From Auanema rhodensis (lineage: Eukaryota; Animalia; Nematoda): DNA of 64,000 nt. Numbering within the stretch: the stretch's first letter is position 1; the number at the start of each line of letters is the position of its first letter. Below the pieces are notes generated by a model. That model saw only the letters and a list, made by a program, of their open reading frames with translations. It searched no databases and was not told where the DNA came from. A program made the position numbers and the translations under genes. Below are positions 1 to 14,149 of this stretch, piece by piece. The stretch lies in NCBI GenBank assembly GCA_964057225.1, contig OZ059895.1, positions 19,096,001 through 19,160,000 on the forward strand, in the 5' to 3' direction.

Positions 1-472
1 TTACATGGAACATGTCAAATGTTTTGTGTTGAAACATTAGAACGGGCTTACATTCCCTCGTTTAAAATATCCCAACACTAAAATCAAAAGGAATATTTAA
101 CGGAAGAGGATTTGGGCAATAATGAATGACCTCCCTAGAGACATATCTTTAGAACCTTACAACTTACGAAACTTTTGTTAAGCAGAATTGTCTATTGAAA
201 CATCTATATCTGTTCTTAACGACTTTTTGCGAAATAACGTTTTTTATTGAAGAGATTGTTAGAACTTTTATTTCCATTTGGCTTGATTAAATTAAATTAG
301 TTTATATTTTCTTTTTTCTTTTATTGTATTGAGATTTTTTTGTTGATTTTGCTTAATTATATTATGTCCTATTGATTTTCCCCTTAGGTATTTAAATATT
401 TGTTAATTTCATACTTGGAATAGAGTTGAAAGTTTAAAAATTTAATCATCTTAGTTCTTAGGGAATTCCCCA

Positions 473-3400
473 ATGGATGGCTCGCAGCCTCCATCTGAGC
501 TGCTTGTTCCGCCTGTTTTCGATGACATCGATGAGGTTAGGTTTCAGTTTCTATTGCTTTTTAAAGCGAGTTGTATTGTTTGATACAAATTCATGAGTTT
601 TCTTTGTTTTTTTTAATCACAGAAGTTTTAATTGTATATCTATAATGCTTTTAGATGTCTGCCGGTTGTGCTAGCTGGCAATTGTTATCCGTGTCACTTC
701 ATAGGGTTAGTTCTTTTTCTTTTTTATTATTTTTTTCATTTTTTCTCTTCATGTTTATCTGTCCTTTTCATGTTTTTCACCTGTTCTTATGGGAGTTCGT
801 GCTCTTTATCTAGCTTTAACATAGTATTCACTTTTTTTTTGTTTGTTTGTATACATAATATTTCATCTCAGATATTTTCACTTTTGCACAAATTATACCA
901 AAAAATGATTCTTAGTGTTTCTTGGTTTAGTGCTGTATCTTTTCTATTTAAAAGAGCTTTGGAAGTACTTGTTGATGCTTAGCGATGGACAGCCGCTTCT
1001 GGCACAGGGTCATCAACTCTTCCAACACTCGTTCACTTTACATTCTTAGAGGTTCCTAGGTCTCAAAAACCTCAACATATCTATCTAATAGTTTTTTTTA
1101 TATTTTATTTGCTTTTTTTACTAGGGTCTACATAACGGTTTTGTTTGTTGTTTTTCTTATAAATTTGTGCACTTTTCACTATTCAAGTTCTGAACCTCCT
1201 TTCTTGTCTTATAAGGATGGCTGAAGAAGTGTTTGAGTCGTATAACTAGCCGCTGATCAATGAAGAACCCATAGGGGAAAGAGGGATAAATGGTCGTCAA
1301 TAGGCCCAGAAATATAGCTAAGAAAGGAATAGTGGCTTCTGAGAGTAGAGATTAGCACATCTTCTTTATCTTCATCTTACACATAATTCTACTTGTTGCT
1401 TTCGTAAAGTATTCTCACAATTATTTCTAGGCATCTTCTCTTGGATTTGGAATAGCTGTTAGTGGTGGTAGAGATAACCCTAATTTCACTTCGGGAGATC
1501 CAGCTGTAGTTATTTCTGACGTTCTCTTAAACGGACCTGCCTTTGGACTATTACAGTAGGAAACTATAGTTATTAATTATATTATAGTGTTTCCTTATAG
1601 AGTTAATGATCGTATATTATCTGCAAACGGAGTCTCTTTCGAGAACATAGATTACGCTTCCGCAGTTGATATAATTAAAAAAGCTGAACAAATTAATATG
1701 GTAAACTTCTTTCTTTGAAGTAATATATTTTTGTTTTATTTGTATAGATTGTTAAAAGAAAAATCCCGGTTCCTGTTATGGAGTTTGAACAGAGAACCTT
1801 GAAATTTACCCTTTCAAAATCAAGAAAGAAGGAAGATTTTGGCATAGTAGTTGGATGCAAATTCTATATTAAAGAGATTAGGAATCCTAAATTAGCTGAT
1901 AAAGTTGATTTTCACAGTTAGCATTTTTGTTAAATATTATTTAAAGGATCCTGGATTGAGAGAAGGAGATTCAGTTCTCAGAATTAATGGCCAAAGTTTA
2001 GAAGGAGCTACACTTGAAGAAGTGAATAAATGGCTAGAGAGGTACATCTTTATCATAATATGTATTTACTAAAAATATTCTCAGATCCAGGGAAAAACTT
2101 TGTCTTGTTATTCAACGAGATGTGAGACGTGCTGCATCCAGATGGCCAAGCCAAAATACTGTTTACGAACGGGTTGGCTCTGTTTCTGCCACACCAAGAC
2201 ATAGTCCTAGTCCAATGTTAGCGCATCAGACATACAATAATAAGTAATTATCAAAAAATGACACAATACATCGATTTTGAATTTTTAGCGGGTTGCGGTC
2301 GTCTCATGAATATATAAATTCACCCAGATGGAGAACCGACAGTTCGGTTAGCGAAGAGAGAAGAATTAGTAGCCCAGTAATAACTGCTAATGGTAAATTA
2401 AAATTTTTTTTCAAAAATTAAAGAATTTTTGTTAAGGTGTGCATGGATTGAATGGTGAATATGAATATTACAATCGACAGCAACCTCGTCCAGATTCAAA
2501 TGGAGTTCGAACTGTTGTCTTCCGAAAGGTGCTTCTTTTTTGCCTCTTCTTTTATCTACATTGGCGTTATGTTTTTTTAGGTGGGTGGAAGTGTTGGAGT
2601 ACGAGTTATTGGTGGAAACGAAGTTGGAATATTTGTGTCTGCTGTAGCTGCCGATTCTCCAGCTGCCGTTCATGGTGTTTGCTGCGGTGATCGTATTATC
2701 GAAGTAAGTTCTGATGAATCGAAAGGAAAAGAAGCAATTCTTTAGGTCAACGGGCGTTCAATGCGAGGTGTAACTAGGGAAGCAGCTGTACAGCTGCTAT
2801 TAGCCTTAGAGGATAGGGTTACATTGCGCTTGGAACATGCGCGACAGGAGTTTGAACATGTTCGAAATAATCAACTAGGAGATAATTTTTATATAAGGTG
2901 CTTTTTTTTTCTTTTACTATTAGAAAGAAAATTTGCGATGAATAATGAGTAATTTCAAATCATTCATATCTTGACCCTAATGTTGTAATCCAACAGCTGT
3001 CCTTTCTTCTTCAATATCTGAAGGCGAAAATAATTGATGTGTTTCAAAGTGACATTTTTCATTTTCAACCTTTAAGGGCTCACTTTGCTAAAGAGAAGAA
3101 AAATTCGCCTCTTGAGCTATCAGTCAATGAAGGGGATATTTTCCATATTACGGATACGTTATTTGGTGGAACTGTGGGATTGTGGCAAGCCGCTCGTGTA
3201 TATTCATCGAATACTAATAAAGGAGAAGCAATAAAAGGAGTTATCCCGAATGAGGTACTTCAAGCTTACTTTGAAGTTTTTGATTTGTACCACCATTATT
3301 CCAGGCAACTGCTGAAACTATCTCAAGAGAGCAGAGACGCCAACAAGACAGCAAAGGGAAGGGAACATTATTAAGGCGGAAATTGGAGCAAAGAAGAACT

Positions 3401-6059
3401 AAAAGCCTTCCAAAAAATCTTCTATCTGATCCTGCGGAGCTTTCTGCTTCTGTACCTCTGCCTGCTTATGAGAGAGTAGCATTGAATACCCCAAGCTTTT
3501 ACAGGTATGGTTTTTATGTGATTTATTTGATATTTTTTTTAATTGTTAGACCTGTTGTTTTGTTTGGACCTCTGGCCGATTTAGCTAGGCAACAACTTCT
3601 TTCTCAATTCTCGATGAGATTTGCCGAGCCTGAAGGGGATGGTGGAATTATTCGTCTGGCTGCAATTGACTCTGTTATTAGCGCAGGGAAGCATTGTATA
3701 CTGGATATATCAGTAGATTCGGTACAATTAATACTTATTCTACAACATTACTTTGACTTTTAAGGTTGAAAGACTTCAATTGGCGCAATACGCTCCAATT
3801 GTTGTTTTAATTGATGTTGACAACCGATCGCGAATACGTGAAATTAGAAAAAAGGTTAGAGATTCTTGATTATATTAATAATATTTTTTTGATTTTTCAG
3901 GCGAATGCTCCTCATATATCCTCAAAAAAATTAGCCGAACAAAGCAGTAGGATCAAAAAAGGCCATTCCCATCTTCTTTCTGGTGAGCAAATTTATTCTA
4001 TCTATCAACATCATCGTTGCTTTAGCTACTGTCGATGCTAGTCATGAAGAAGGATGGTTTGACGCTCTGCGAGATCTAATAGCTCATTTGCAACAAAGAC
4101 GTCTGTGGATGCCTGAGTTCCCTCCTAATATTCCGCTGGAAGATGTACGTTGAATTTTTCCTTTTTTTTAATTTTAAATCTTCATACAGGTTCTATTATT
4201 CCCACTATCTTGCAAAACTACTAATTACGATTCTGATATGGACTCGTTGAAAGGAGAATACACAGATTTTGGTCTCAAAAGGGAAGATAGTATGTCTAAA
4301 ATGAACAATTCCATGAACAGGTGAGCTGGGTTGTCAGATATTTATTAAATAATATCTAATTTTCAGATCCATGTATGATTGGGAAAGAAATCAACATATG
4401 GGACCACCCGATCATTCAAGTGAGCAAAAAACATGGACTACTTTACCTCGTAAAGTGACCGAGCAATTAACGACTAACAGTAACCCCTCTCATGCACATA
4501 CTGCTTCTATACCTAATCAGTCTCGAATTGCTAATCGAGAACTAACAACTCCTATCAAAACTAATGTTTCCGGTGTGACAAACAATTCGTATATATTCGT
4601 ATGTTTTATTCTTTCAGAGTCCAATAATCATTCACAACAACCCGGTTTTTATCACGTAAAGCAATTACTCAATGACGACTCTCTCTATCATGATGCCAGA
4701 TTAGCAAATGAAATAGCAAATGTGCGATTACGAGAAGAAGCACGTCTAAGAGAAGAAAGAATAAAAGAAGACCAACATAAAAAAATAGCTCATCATGAGC
4801 ATGAATCATTACCACTACAACCTCCAAATTCTAATATGTATTCACCTAGAGAGGAGAGGTCCGAATCTGTTGGTGATCATGGACTGTATGTACAGATGGG
4901 TAAGAAAACGTTCCCGAGAAAATAGCTTACATTATATCCAGGTGCTCATAATGCTCGACTAGCTTCTTCTCAGCCTAATGTCCCTGCAAGACTATCTCCT
5001 CGTTTTTCGCAACCAGTATTACAAAAGCCTGTAATTGCCCCTAAGCCAAACCTACATAGTGAAAGTGTCATAAAGTATGAAACTTATTATATTTCTTTCA
5101 CAATAAAACCATTTTAGAAATAGTTGGGATGCCCAGTTAACCGAATCATTGAATAGGCTTGAAAATGTTTCCAATCAGCAACCTTATGTAAATTCTCCCA
5201 TGAATGGGCTAACAGACCAACTCGCAAAAGAGTATGTTTTTCTTACTTTTTACACGACTTCAATTGAATTTTAGAAGTCATTCGCATAGTCAAAACTCTT
5301 CACCTCTTCCAAAAAATAATTTCCGCGTTAATGGAACAAATTCTCCTCTTGTAACATTGGCAAAACCAGAAGATGCCTCAATTTCCGATGATATTGAAAA
5401 TATAGACTGTACTCATGACGAGGTAATAATTTTTTTTGTTTAAAAAATTAATTTTGAACTGAAACTATGATAATTATGTTTATCTTAATTGCTTAAAGGA
5501 ATTACAGTCTACATTACCGTTACGATTTTTTTCATAAGTTCCTAAATCGTCTTAATTCTAGGAACCAACGGTGGTTGAAGAAACCTCTGGTTTAATTGGA
5601 CATGATGGTGGAACTCTATCCTGTCCTAATTCAAATGTAGAATTAAGGATTCCTCCTGGAGCTTTACCGGAAGGACAAAAACAAGAAATCTATGTGAAGG
5701 TTGCACTTTTTCATTCATAAGTATATTATCATAATAATTGTTATCTAGGTATGCCGAGAAGGAGAATCTCCTCCTATAGATAAGACGAAAGGAGAAACTC
5801 TGCTATCCCCACTCGTAATGTGTGGTCCACAAGGATTAACTTTCCAAATTCCTTGCGAATTACGCTTACCTCATTGTGGTCCAGTGGATCAGGATGAGCA
5901 GTGGTCTTTTTCACTAAAGGTATTCACATGTACCTTAAACTGATGCATAAAGTTACTTTCAAGGCTGGAGAAGGAGGAAAGTGGAAGCATATGGAATTAA
6001 ATGGAGCTAACGCTATGGGGGATAAGAAATTTATAACTGTTCCTATAACTCATTTCTAA
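473..6059 (+). CDS. zoo-1: Tight-junction MAGUK ZO-1 homolog (3 PDZ, SH3, GuK-like, ZU5), multi-exon
   Basis: Spliced translation gives PDZ1 ([28 protein letters not shown]), PDZ2 ([16 protein letters not shown]), PDZ3 ([19 protein letters not shown]), SH3 (GDNFYIRAHF...[18 protein letters not shown]), GuK ([17 protein letters not shown]) and ZU5 ([26 protein letters not shown]...[13 protein letters not shown]), ending PITHF*. The first exon (ATG 473) is less certain than the rest. Confidence 0.95.
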
Positions 6060-6505
6060 TTTTACCGCGAGGTTTATTTACATAATCGGGTGGCTTTATC
6101 AAATTGTTTTATTTTAAATATATCTTTGGAAACTATAAAAAAATATTAACGTTTGTTCACTTTACGCCTTTACTAAAAATTGTTTTTGTTCATAATTGTT
6201 GGCACGTTTAATCTAATTTTACCTTATTTGAGGAACTTCTAGTCTTCTTTTCTTTATGTAATTACCAACGAGAATTTGGTTGAAAAACTGCTCAAGCATT
6301 TATATTTGCAATTAATTGCCTCTTGTTAATTCGTGATACAAAATGGAAGTCTTATTTATATTATTTAGATCAGATGGACAGTGAGTCCAATATGCATTGC
6401 TTCATAATAAGATTTGAAATAAAATTTAAAGACTGATTAATTCATATTATTTCGAAAGTAAATGAAATTCTGAACTAAGAACATTATTACTCTTACATAC
6501 AGAAA

Positions 6506-6729
6506 TTATTTTCTCATCATACAGTACCAAAGAGCATGGATAACGGCTGGAATCCAGAAGAGTAATAGAAGAATTATATTAATGAAAACGGGTGTTCCAC
6601 AGTCTTTATCATGGAACCAAATAGCAGCAGGCTTAAATTGAAAAGTAAAAAAGTGCTCATATATGAATACCTTACTGGAAGTAAAATAATGAGAATAATC
6701 TGAATGATCATGTCTTGGTCAGTAGCCAT
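6506..6729 (-). CDS. PMP3/UPF0057 family small hydrophobic membrane protein (59 aa, 2 exons)
   Basis: Not in the ORF track. Spliced: MATDQDMIIQIILIILLP|PAAIWFHDKDCGTPVFINIILLLLFWIPAVIHALWYCMMRK*. Carries the family LPP..., INIIL...W.P...HA.W pattern. Intron ~6675-6632 (GTAAG...TTTAAG). TTTTTAG acceptor lies 3 nt before the ATG. Confidence 0.92.
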
Positions 6730-6937
6730 TTTCTAAAAATACAAATACGAGTTAACAAAATTCTTAAGCTTGAAGAAACATTTAAAAAGTTTAGTGGAGG
6801 ATGCTGTAGATGAAAAAGCCAAGGAAAGCAATGAATGATATGAAAAATGATGTTTCAATGACTAAGAGCAAAGAAAGAATTTAACTTTATGACGAAGTTG
6901 AACACATAGAAATAAAGTTTGCATACCATGATGGAGA

Positions 6938-8478
6938 TTATTTAGCTGCTTTCAATAAATCAATACATTTATTTTCTACACAAGCGAAAGCATGACCGCA
7001 ATCTCTTGGTGCAAATGTACAGAATCTACCGACAGCTCTGACACAATTCCCGCCTTCACAATTCTCGCCAAGTTGGCAAACTTTTTTCCCACAATCTTAA
7101 ATCACACTTGAAAGTGAGGAGATTAGTTTTCACTCGCCATTTCGTCGGCACCGTCCATCAATACACTGATATGGACCCTTACATTCCGACTGACAAGGCA
7201 AACTCTCTATCAATCGGCACTGGCCGAGCCTACAGTCTTGGTCTGAGGGGCAACTATAAAAATAGCTATTTAAAATATAACGTCATTCCAACACCTTGTT
7301 TTGCATGGATCCATAACGCAAACGTTATTAATACACACAGTTCCTCCATGACAGCTATCTTCAGTGCAATCAGACCCAACCGCTTCAAGAATTGAGTACA
7401 CCTTGAGGACAATTGCAAAATAAATATTACCATTGACGCATTGTCCTTCTACACAGTAACTTCCAGGATCACAAAACACCGATAAACATTCTGAAAAAAA
7501 TTAACAAAATTGAAATAACTTATATTATTAAATAATATTGAACAATAACGTAAACATATGTAACATAGTCACTGTTAAATGAAAAAAAAAAGTGCTGCAT
7601 TTCATTTATATTTCATGGCATTCGCATGATGTACTTGAAACAGAAAAAAATTAAATTTGAACTTTTTTTAGAATCTGGAAATAACTTACGGTTATTGGCA
7701 AAACATTGTCCATGATGGCAAATTTCATAAGGTTGACAATTACATATTGGTTCAACTTTCCTAGCAAAGAAGAAAAGTGTAAAATGTCATAAAAAGTTAT
7801 TCTAAGCTCACTTCAATTGGCATTTATTATTGATACAATCTAAGTTTGGCCCACATTCGGCGTGTCCAATACAAAAGTTATCTAGTAACTTCACACATGA
7901 GCCATCTCTACAAAGTTCTCCATCCTCACAAAGAACATCTTTACATCCTAAGCAAATGTTTTTCTATAAGAAGTGAATTTGAAACAATTACGATCCAAAG
8001 CACATTGACCATTCACACATTTTCCTTTTGTTCCACAATCTGAAACTATGCTTTGAGCCTGGCCATCGGCAACGAGTATATGCCTAGAAATATACTATTC
8101 TAGAAAATTTATTCAATGAAAAAGAAAACGACCCACCTGTTGCATTTTATAGCTGATTGAGGGTAGCATTTTCCCTCAGCACAAACGGTAGACAATGGGC
8201 AAACGATCTACAAATGCTTTCATTGACCGTAACCTTTACACATTTGCAGTCACCTCGGATGTACATGTAACACTAGGAGACGAATCTTTATCAACACATT
8301 GTGTATCTTTACATGTGTAACCTGTAGGACATTCAAATTCACCAAACACTGGAGGACATCTTTAATAATATTTCAATGAACAGTCGGAATGTTTAAATGG
8401 AACACTTCGAACTCACCTATCGGCAACAGTAGTAGAAATTAATAAACTTACAAATACTAGGGAAATTAGATAATGCAT
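6938..8478 (-). CDS. Secreted cysteine-rich repeat protein (EB/EGF-like C-x5-C-x4-C repeats), multi-exon
   Basis: Signal peptide MHYLISLVFVSLLISTTVA, then repeats such as CPTGYTCKDTQC, CPLSTVCAEGKC, CEDGELCRDGSC, CDPGSYCVEGQC, CHGGTVCINNVC, CQLGENCEGGNC. Ends CVENKCIDLLKAAK*. Confidence 0.85.
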
Positions 8479-9071
8479 ATCAGCTATTTTAGTAGTTTCT
8501 GAAACACGAATGCTAAAGATGCTAAAGTTATGCCCGTGTCTTCGTAGATGACCCAATTGTTGCCTGCGGGAAGAGATACTTCGATTAGTCACCTATCTAT
8601 TATCATAGTCATATTCAATCAATTTGCATAAGTTGATCTAATTAGTTGTTTAACATTTTTCTCATTTCAAAGCATATGCTACTCTTCTATTACTTCGTAC
8701 AATAACCTCCGTATTTGCATTGCGATGCAGTTGAATGCAAGTGCGGTCAAAAATAAATAAATGGTCCCGTGACGATTCTCCTACTCACCTTGATCTGGAT
8801 CAGTCAACCTCTCTAACAGTCTCCGCAATATACATAGTCTCTCGTTCTCTTCCATTTCTTTTTTACTCTTTTTGTGGAAAATTATCTCTCAATCTCTCTA
8901 TGAAATTCAATTCTCTGCATTCCTCTCCCTCTAACCTTAGCATCCTGTAACCAGTAACTAAGCCATCGTTTGCATAAACATGTATATATTAAATTGATTC
9001 ACCATTTCAAACCTCACTTGTAAACCTAATATGAAATACATGTACAATTTAGAGGAGCAGTATATTGCTTA

Positions 9072-10064
9072 ATGAGTTACGAGGAGCAACAGTCAGAAGA
9101 AATAGAAGCTCTCGAGGCTATCTATCAAGAAGATGAATTGGAAATTATTTCTAATGAGTATCCAAATGTTGCTGTTCGTATCAATTTAAAATCTAATCAG
9201 GTAGTGTTGTTTATATATAAAAACACTTCATTCCGTTTTATTTGAAGGAAGAAAATGAATCAGCGCAAGATTTTGAACTCTCGTTGCTAATTGAATTAGG
9301 AGAACAATATCCTGATGAAGTTCCTGAGATTACCTTAGAAGGTGCCGAAGGACTTTTTACAGATGAACGTATACAAGAAGTCGTTGATGTAAGTATCGCT
9401 ATATTGCTGTATCATACTAGTTTTATTTTGAGAAATTGAATAAAGAGGCAGAAGAAAATAAAGGTATGGTGATGGTGTTCACAATTGTTAGTTCAATGCA
9501 GGTTTGATTTATCATTATATCATTTTAATATTTTATGATTTTTAGGATGAGATTGGAAATTTAATAGACGATTTAAAAAAGAAGGCTGAACTAAAAGCTG
9601 AAGAAGAAAAAGAAAAAGTTGAAGCTATAACTAGAAAGAAGTTTGAAGGTGAAAAGTAATAAATTACATTCATTTAATTTTATAAATGCAGGAACTCAAG
9701 TCACACAGGATTCTTTTCGAGTTTGGAAAGCTAAGTTTGATGCGGAACGCCAAGCTCTAGTAGAAAAGCAGGAAAAGGTTATTTTTTCCTTATGTTATCA
9801 TTTTTTATTTTTGTCAATAGGAGCGTCTAGCTGCTCTTGCTGGTAAGTTGACCGGCCGGCAACTTTTCTTGAAGGATGCTACTCTTAATCTTTCTGATGT
9901 TGCCCTGATCGAACAAAGTGTTGAAATCGATGAAACGCTCTTTGACGATGAGGTATGTGCCTTTTTGTTTTTTTATTCCTTTTATTCAAAATTTTGTTTT
10001 GTATTCAACTTTTTGTTTGTAGGACCTTGACGGTTTGGGTTTGGAAGATTCAGATGATGAGTAA
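9072..10064 (+). CDS. RWDD1: RWD domain-containing protein 1 (RWDD1/GIR2/DFRP2 homolog)
   Basis: [18 protein letters not shown]..., YPDEVP RWD motif, [43 protein letters not shown], and an acidic tail [22 protein letters not shown]. Confidence 0.93.
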
Positions 10065-10267
10065 ATTTGAATTAAAATAGCTGATATTGTTTTGTATTTA
10101 TTCGGGTTTACAGTTTTATCATCATTTCCCATTTTCAAAGTTTGTTGATTTTTTTTTTGTTAAACATTTAAATATTCATTGTCTTGCTTGTACCATTATG
10201 AGTTTATGCTCACTTGTATCTATATATTTTGTGTATTATATTTCATTTTAATTTCTATTATACAGTT

Positions 10268-11564
10268 ATGTCTCATAATTCCGATGGCCGGACTTCTAGT
10301 AGAGGGTCTGTTCACAGTCGTAATTCAGTATGTTTTAACTTTCATTATTTAATTTTAAATGTTGCTTTAGATTCAAAATGGTAGAATACCTGCAAATACA
10401 ATTCATATACACCAAACTGCCCAAAAGTTGCCTCATCCTTTGCAGGTTTGTAATAACATTTCCCTCTTTTTTTAAGATTACACTTGTTTACAGGTTAAAT
10501 CTAAGTTTGATGCTGAATGGCGAAGATTCTCTCTAGAAACTGATCCATATCCACCAACATATGACTTTTTTCGGAACTTAGTTGAAAAGCTTCATAAATT
10601 GGAAACTGTTCCATTCACTTTATGTTATACAAGTGTAATTGGAGATTTACTGCCTATCACTAATGATGAGGTATGTTGTTATAGTCGTTAGTGTATACTT
10701 AAAGATGATTTTTAGAATTTGAGAAAATCTTTCGAGTCTGCTAGACCCACACTTCGACTATTGATTCAACGAAAAGGGGAATCATGGGAAGAAAAGTACG
10801 GTTATGGAACAGACAGTGATAGGTATTCTACTGGTAGATCTAACATACTGTAATTATTTGTATTCTAGAAGAAAGAAAGGGTTATCATCTTTGATTGCTG
10901 TACAGAAAACTCCCAAAAGGAATTATTCCATTTCAAATCCTGAAGATTTCAGACAGGTAATTTCTATCTTCAATTCATTATTTTATTTTTACTTCAGGTT
11001 TCTGCTATTATTGATGTCGATATCGTACCTGAAGCTCATCGGAGAGTGCGTTTATGCAAACATGGTCAAGATAGACCTCTTGGTTTTTACATTAGGTATG
11101 TCAATTCAAATAAACCCATTCATTTGTACTATCATTGAAGGGATGGAACTACTATGAGGCTAACAGAGAGAGGTGTTTGTAAAGTTCAAGGAATATATAT
11201 ATCACGATTAGTTGATGGTGGTTTGGCAGAATCCACTGGTCTTTTAGGTGTTAATGACGAAGTAATTCAAGACAAACTAAATTTAAACTGGTCATGTATA
11301 ACTTTGATTGGTATAGGTTCTGGAAGTTAATGGAATTGATGTAGTTGGAAAATCTCTTGATCAAGTAACGGATATGATGGTTGCTAATGCTCATAACTTA
11401 ATTATAACTGGTATATATACTTGTTTATGATTGTTTTATTTGGTTTCTTTTCAGTAATTCCTGCTAATCAACGTAATACTCTGCAAAGACCTCCACGTGA
11501 AAATATCCGCCGGGAAGACCCTGATGATTCTGATTCAGGGGATGAGGTCATCGAATACCGCTAA
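10268..11564 (+). CDS. par-6: Partitioning-defective protein 6 (PB1, semi-CRIB, PDZ)
   Basis: PB1 ([28 protein letters not shown]), semi-CRIB ([28 protein letters not shown]), PDZ ([68 protein letters not shown]). Confidence 0.97.
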
Positions 11565-14149
11565 GATGGGGAACTTGTGTATTTATGTGTAAAAGAAGTA
11601 ACTGCATGTTTGAATAGTTTCCAATATTAAAAAATGTGATATAATTTATGAAAAAGTCACCTCTCCTTTTTTTAGTGACAAAATCTCAAAATTCGAACCC
11701 TTTTTATACTAAGTCTTGTAATACGTTTGTTTTATATCCTCCTTAATATGTAATGTATGATAACGTCAACACTGTGAGCGAATTGTGATATAAGCTGTGC
11801 TCTAAAACTATTTCCAAATAAGTTTTTCTCTTACTAAAATTTCACTTCTTACTTTGGTCATGTTTTGCTGAATTCAAGGCATTCCTTAGAAATGATTATT
11901 ATATAACTAGTGGCAATGTTTTATCCGTTTTCGTCTTTTCACTAATGCTCAAATTGTTTTTCTCTACTGTTCATTTGCTTATTTATCTATATCTATACAT
12001 ATATATATTTATGGCCCAAGTTTCTAAACCCTATTAATGAGAAAACTAAACTATTGCTTTGGCAGTGCCTTATTCAGTTTAGTCACTTCAAAAAGAAAAT
12101 CATTGTGATTATAACATACTCGACCTTTTGTTTCTTGACAATTCCTTTCAGGCATTCATAAAACAACATATTTTTGTCATATAATAAACGGAATTTTTTA
12201 CTAGTTGGTTTTTCATTGTATTTTCTTGAAAGTTTTGTCTTCTCTATCGTGGTTAAAGTGGAATCCATCTAATTCTCAACTTCAAGGCTGACTGTTAAAT
12301 TTATTGCCGTGATGTTGTCAAATTTGAAAGGAAGCTTCATAAATTTTAGAGCACAGCTTTATCTTTCTTTAGATCTTATCGTCAGCTCAATAATTTCGCT
12401 TCAAAAGCAATCCTATTTAAGATACTGAGAGGTTTCATTTCTTTTACGAACTTCTTAATATGAATCCATTAAGGAAGGAAAAAAGGAAGAATTAATATTT
12501 TCTTCACTTATACGAGGTAATTCTTTTTATTTTTTTCAACTTTTTTTTACTTCTTTATTTAATTGTTTTAAAAATCAATAAGTTAACGTCTACATTTTTG
12601 TATACCGTCTTTTCACTTATCTAACTACCTGCTGAATACTTATTGTGTTGTTGTTGTTGTCACCAACCAGCTGCCGTCGTTGTTACTCTTATGCACGCTG
12701 CGCATTCACAGTGCGTCGCGTATAATGCCTCTCTTTATGTTGTCAAAAGATTTGTAGTGTCTATCCCTATATGTCTATAACTTTCACGATTTTTAACATT
12801 TGATTCACTCGTCCATGAAGTTCATTTCCATGGATCCTTATTGATTTCAAGTATATGATTCATTTTACTTTTTTTCTGCTCACTTACAACTGCTATAATG
12901 TTTTCTTGGTAAATTTCATTTAAATCTAAAGTGGTTTTTATTTCTGGTTCTGTGCTCAAAAATACTGTGTTTAACACATTGGTTTCATTTCATTTCTTCA
13001 CCTCTTTCTTCACTTAACCCTAGCATCGCATCTCATAATGTTTGCTCTTTTTGTTGATCTCGTGATTGTGAACATTAAGTCTGCTATTAACATCGCTGAA
13101 GTCTGAAAGTTCCATCTGTTTCATTTGTTTGTAGGAAATTTAGATAGACCATAAACATATTGATTTCTTCTTTCTGTTTCTATTTTATGATTTTATGATT
13201 TTTTTGTTTTCAATGCAACCGACACAAAAAATATCATGTGTTCCATCGTTTACTTGAGAATTTATTCTTTTTCTTGTAGTTTTTATTTCTTTTAGAACTA
13301 TTATTTTCTGTACACAAATATTTCTTTCACCTTCGAGTACTGTGATTCATGCCAAACGATGCTATTATTTGAATTTATTTCGAAGCTATTGAATTTCCAA
13401 CGTTTATTCGCTCTACGTTGACATTGATTTACTTGTCTCCTATGTCAGATGTATGTCGTCCACTATTATCTTATCTCATTTTCAATCAGTTTGTTCAACG
13501 ATTTCAAATTTTGTAAAGCGTACTGTCTTCGAAAAGTTTTGTTGAAGTATGAAGTTTTCATTGTTCTAACACTTTACATGTTCGTATTTCGATAAAACCA
13601 CGATGATTCTTGTTTATATGATTTATAAGACATCTTCCAAAAAAAACAGGTCGCTTTTCTTTTAGATTGCTCTGTCTTTGATTTAATATGATATTTTATC
13701 AAAACATACTTTACAACTAATTCTTCTGTTTCTGCTATATTAACTTTAAACATAAGATGCTTTTATTCATAATTTTTTCTTTTCTTATCATTTTGACTAA
13801 TTGCTTTAAAAAACTTATTTAACGTATCATATGTATAATTCCTCAGAAATAATATTGCAGTGCTTGCTGTTTTCTCTGTATCAAATAACATTAGAGTTCA
13901 GACAGCACTATTTCAACTTAAAATCTCTACGGATCGACTTACTGTGGTCAAATTAGGTATGCTTATTTTATATTGATTCACAGCATGCAACCGCTTTCTT
14001 AATTGATTTGAATGAAAATGAAATTTGTATCTTAATTTGAATTGCGCGTTTTATCTGACACTGAAACGTGTTTGCTTAGACATGATTTCTTTTATCAACT
14101 TTTTTATTGAAAAAACATCTTTGTTCTGAGTAGATTTTACATATTGCAG

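Noticed and set aside
1-130. Possible 3' end of an upstream gene
   Set aside because: Only short ambiguous frames; cannot be supported from this window.
12696-12721. Small GC-rich hairpin (ACGCTGCGCA-loop-TGCGTCGCGT)
   Set aside because: Too short for a pre-miRNA and no other ncRNA signature.
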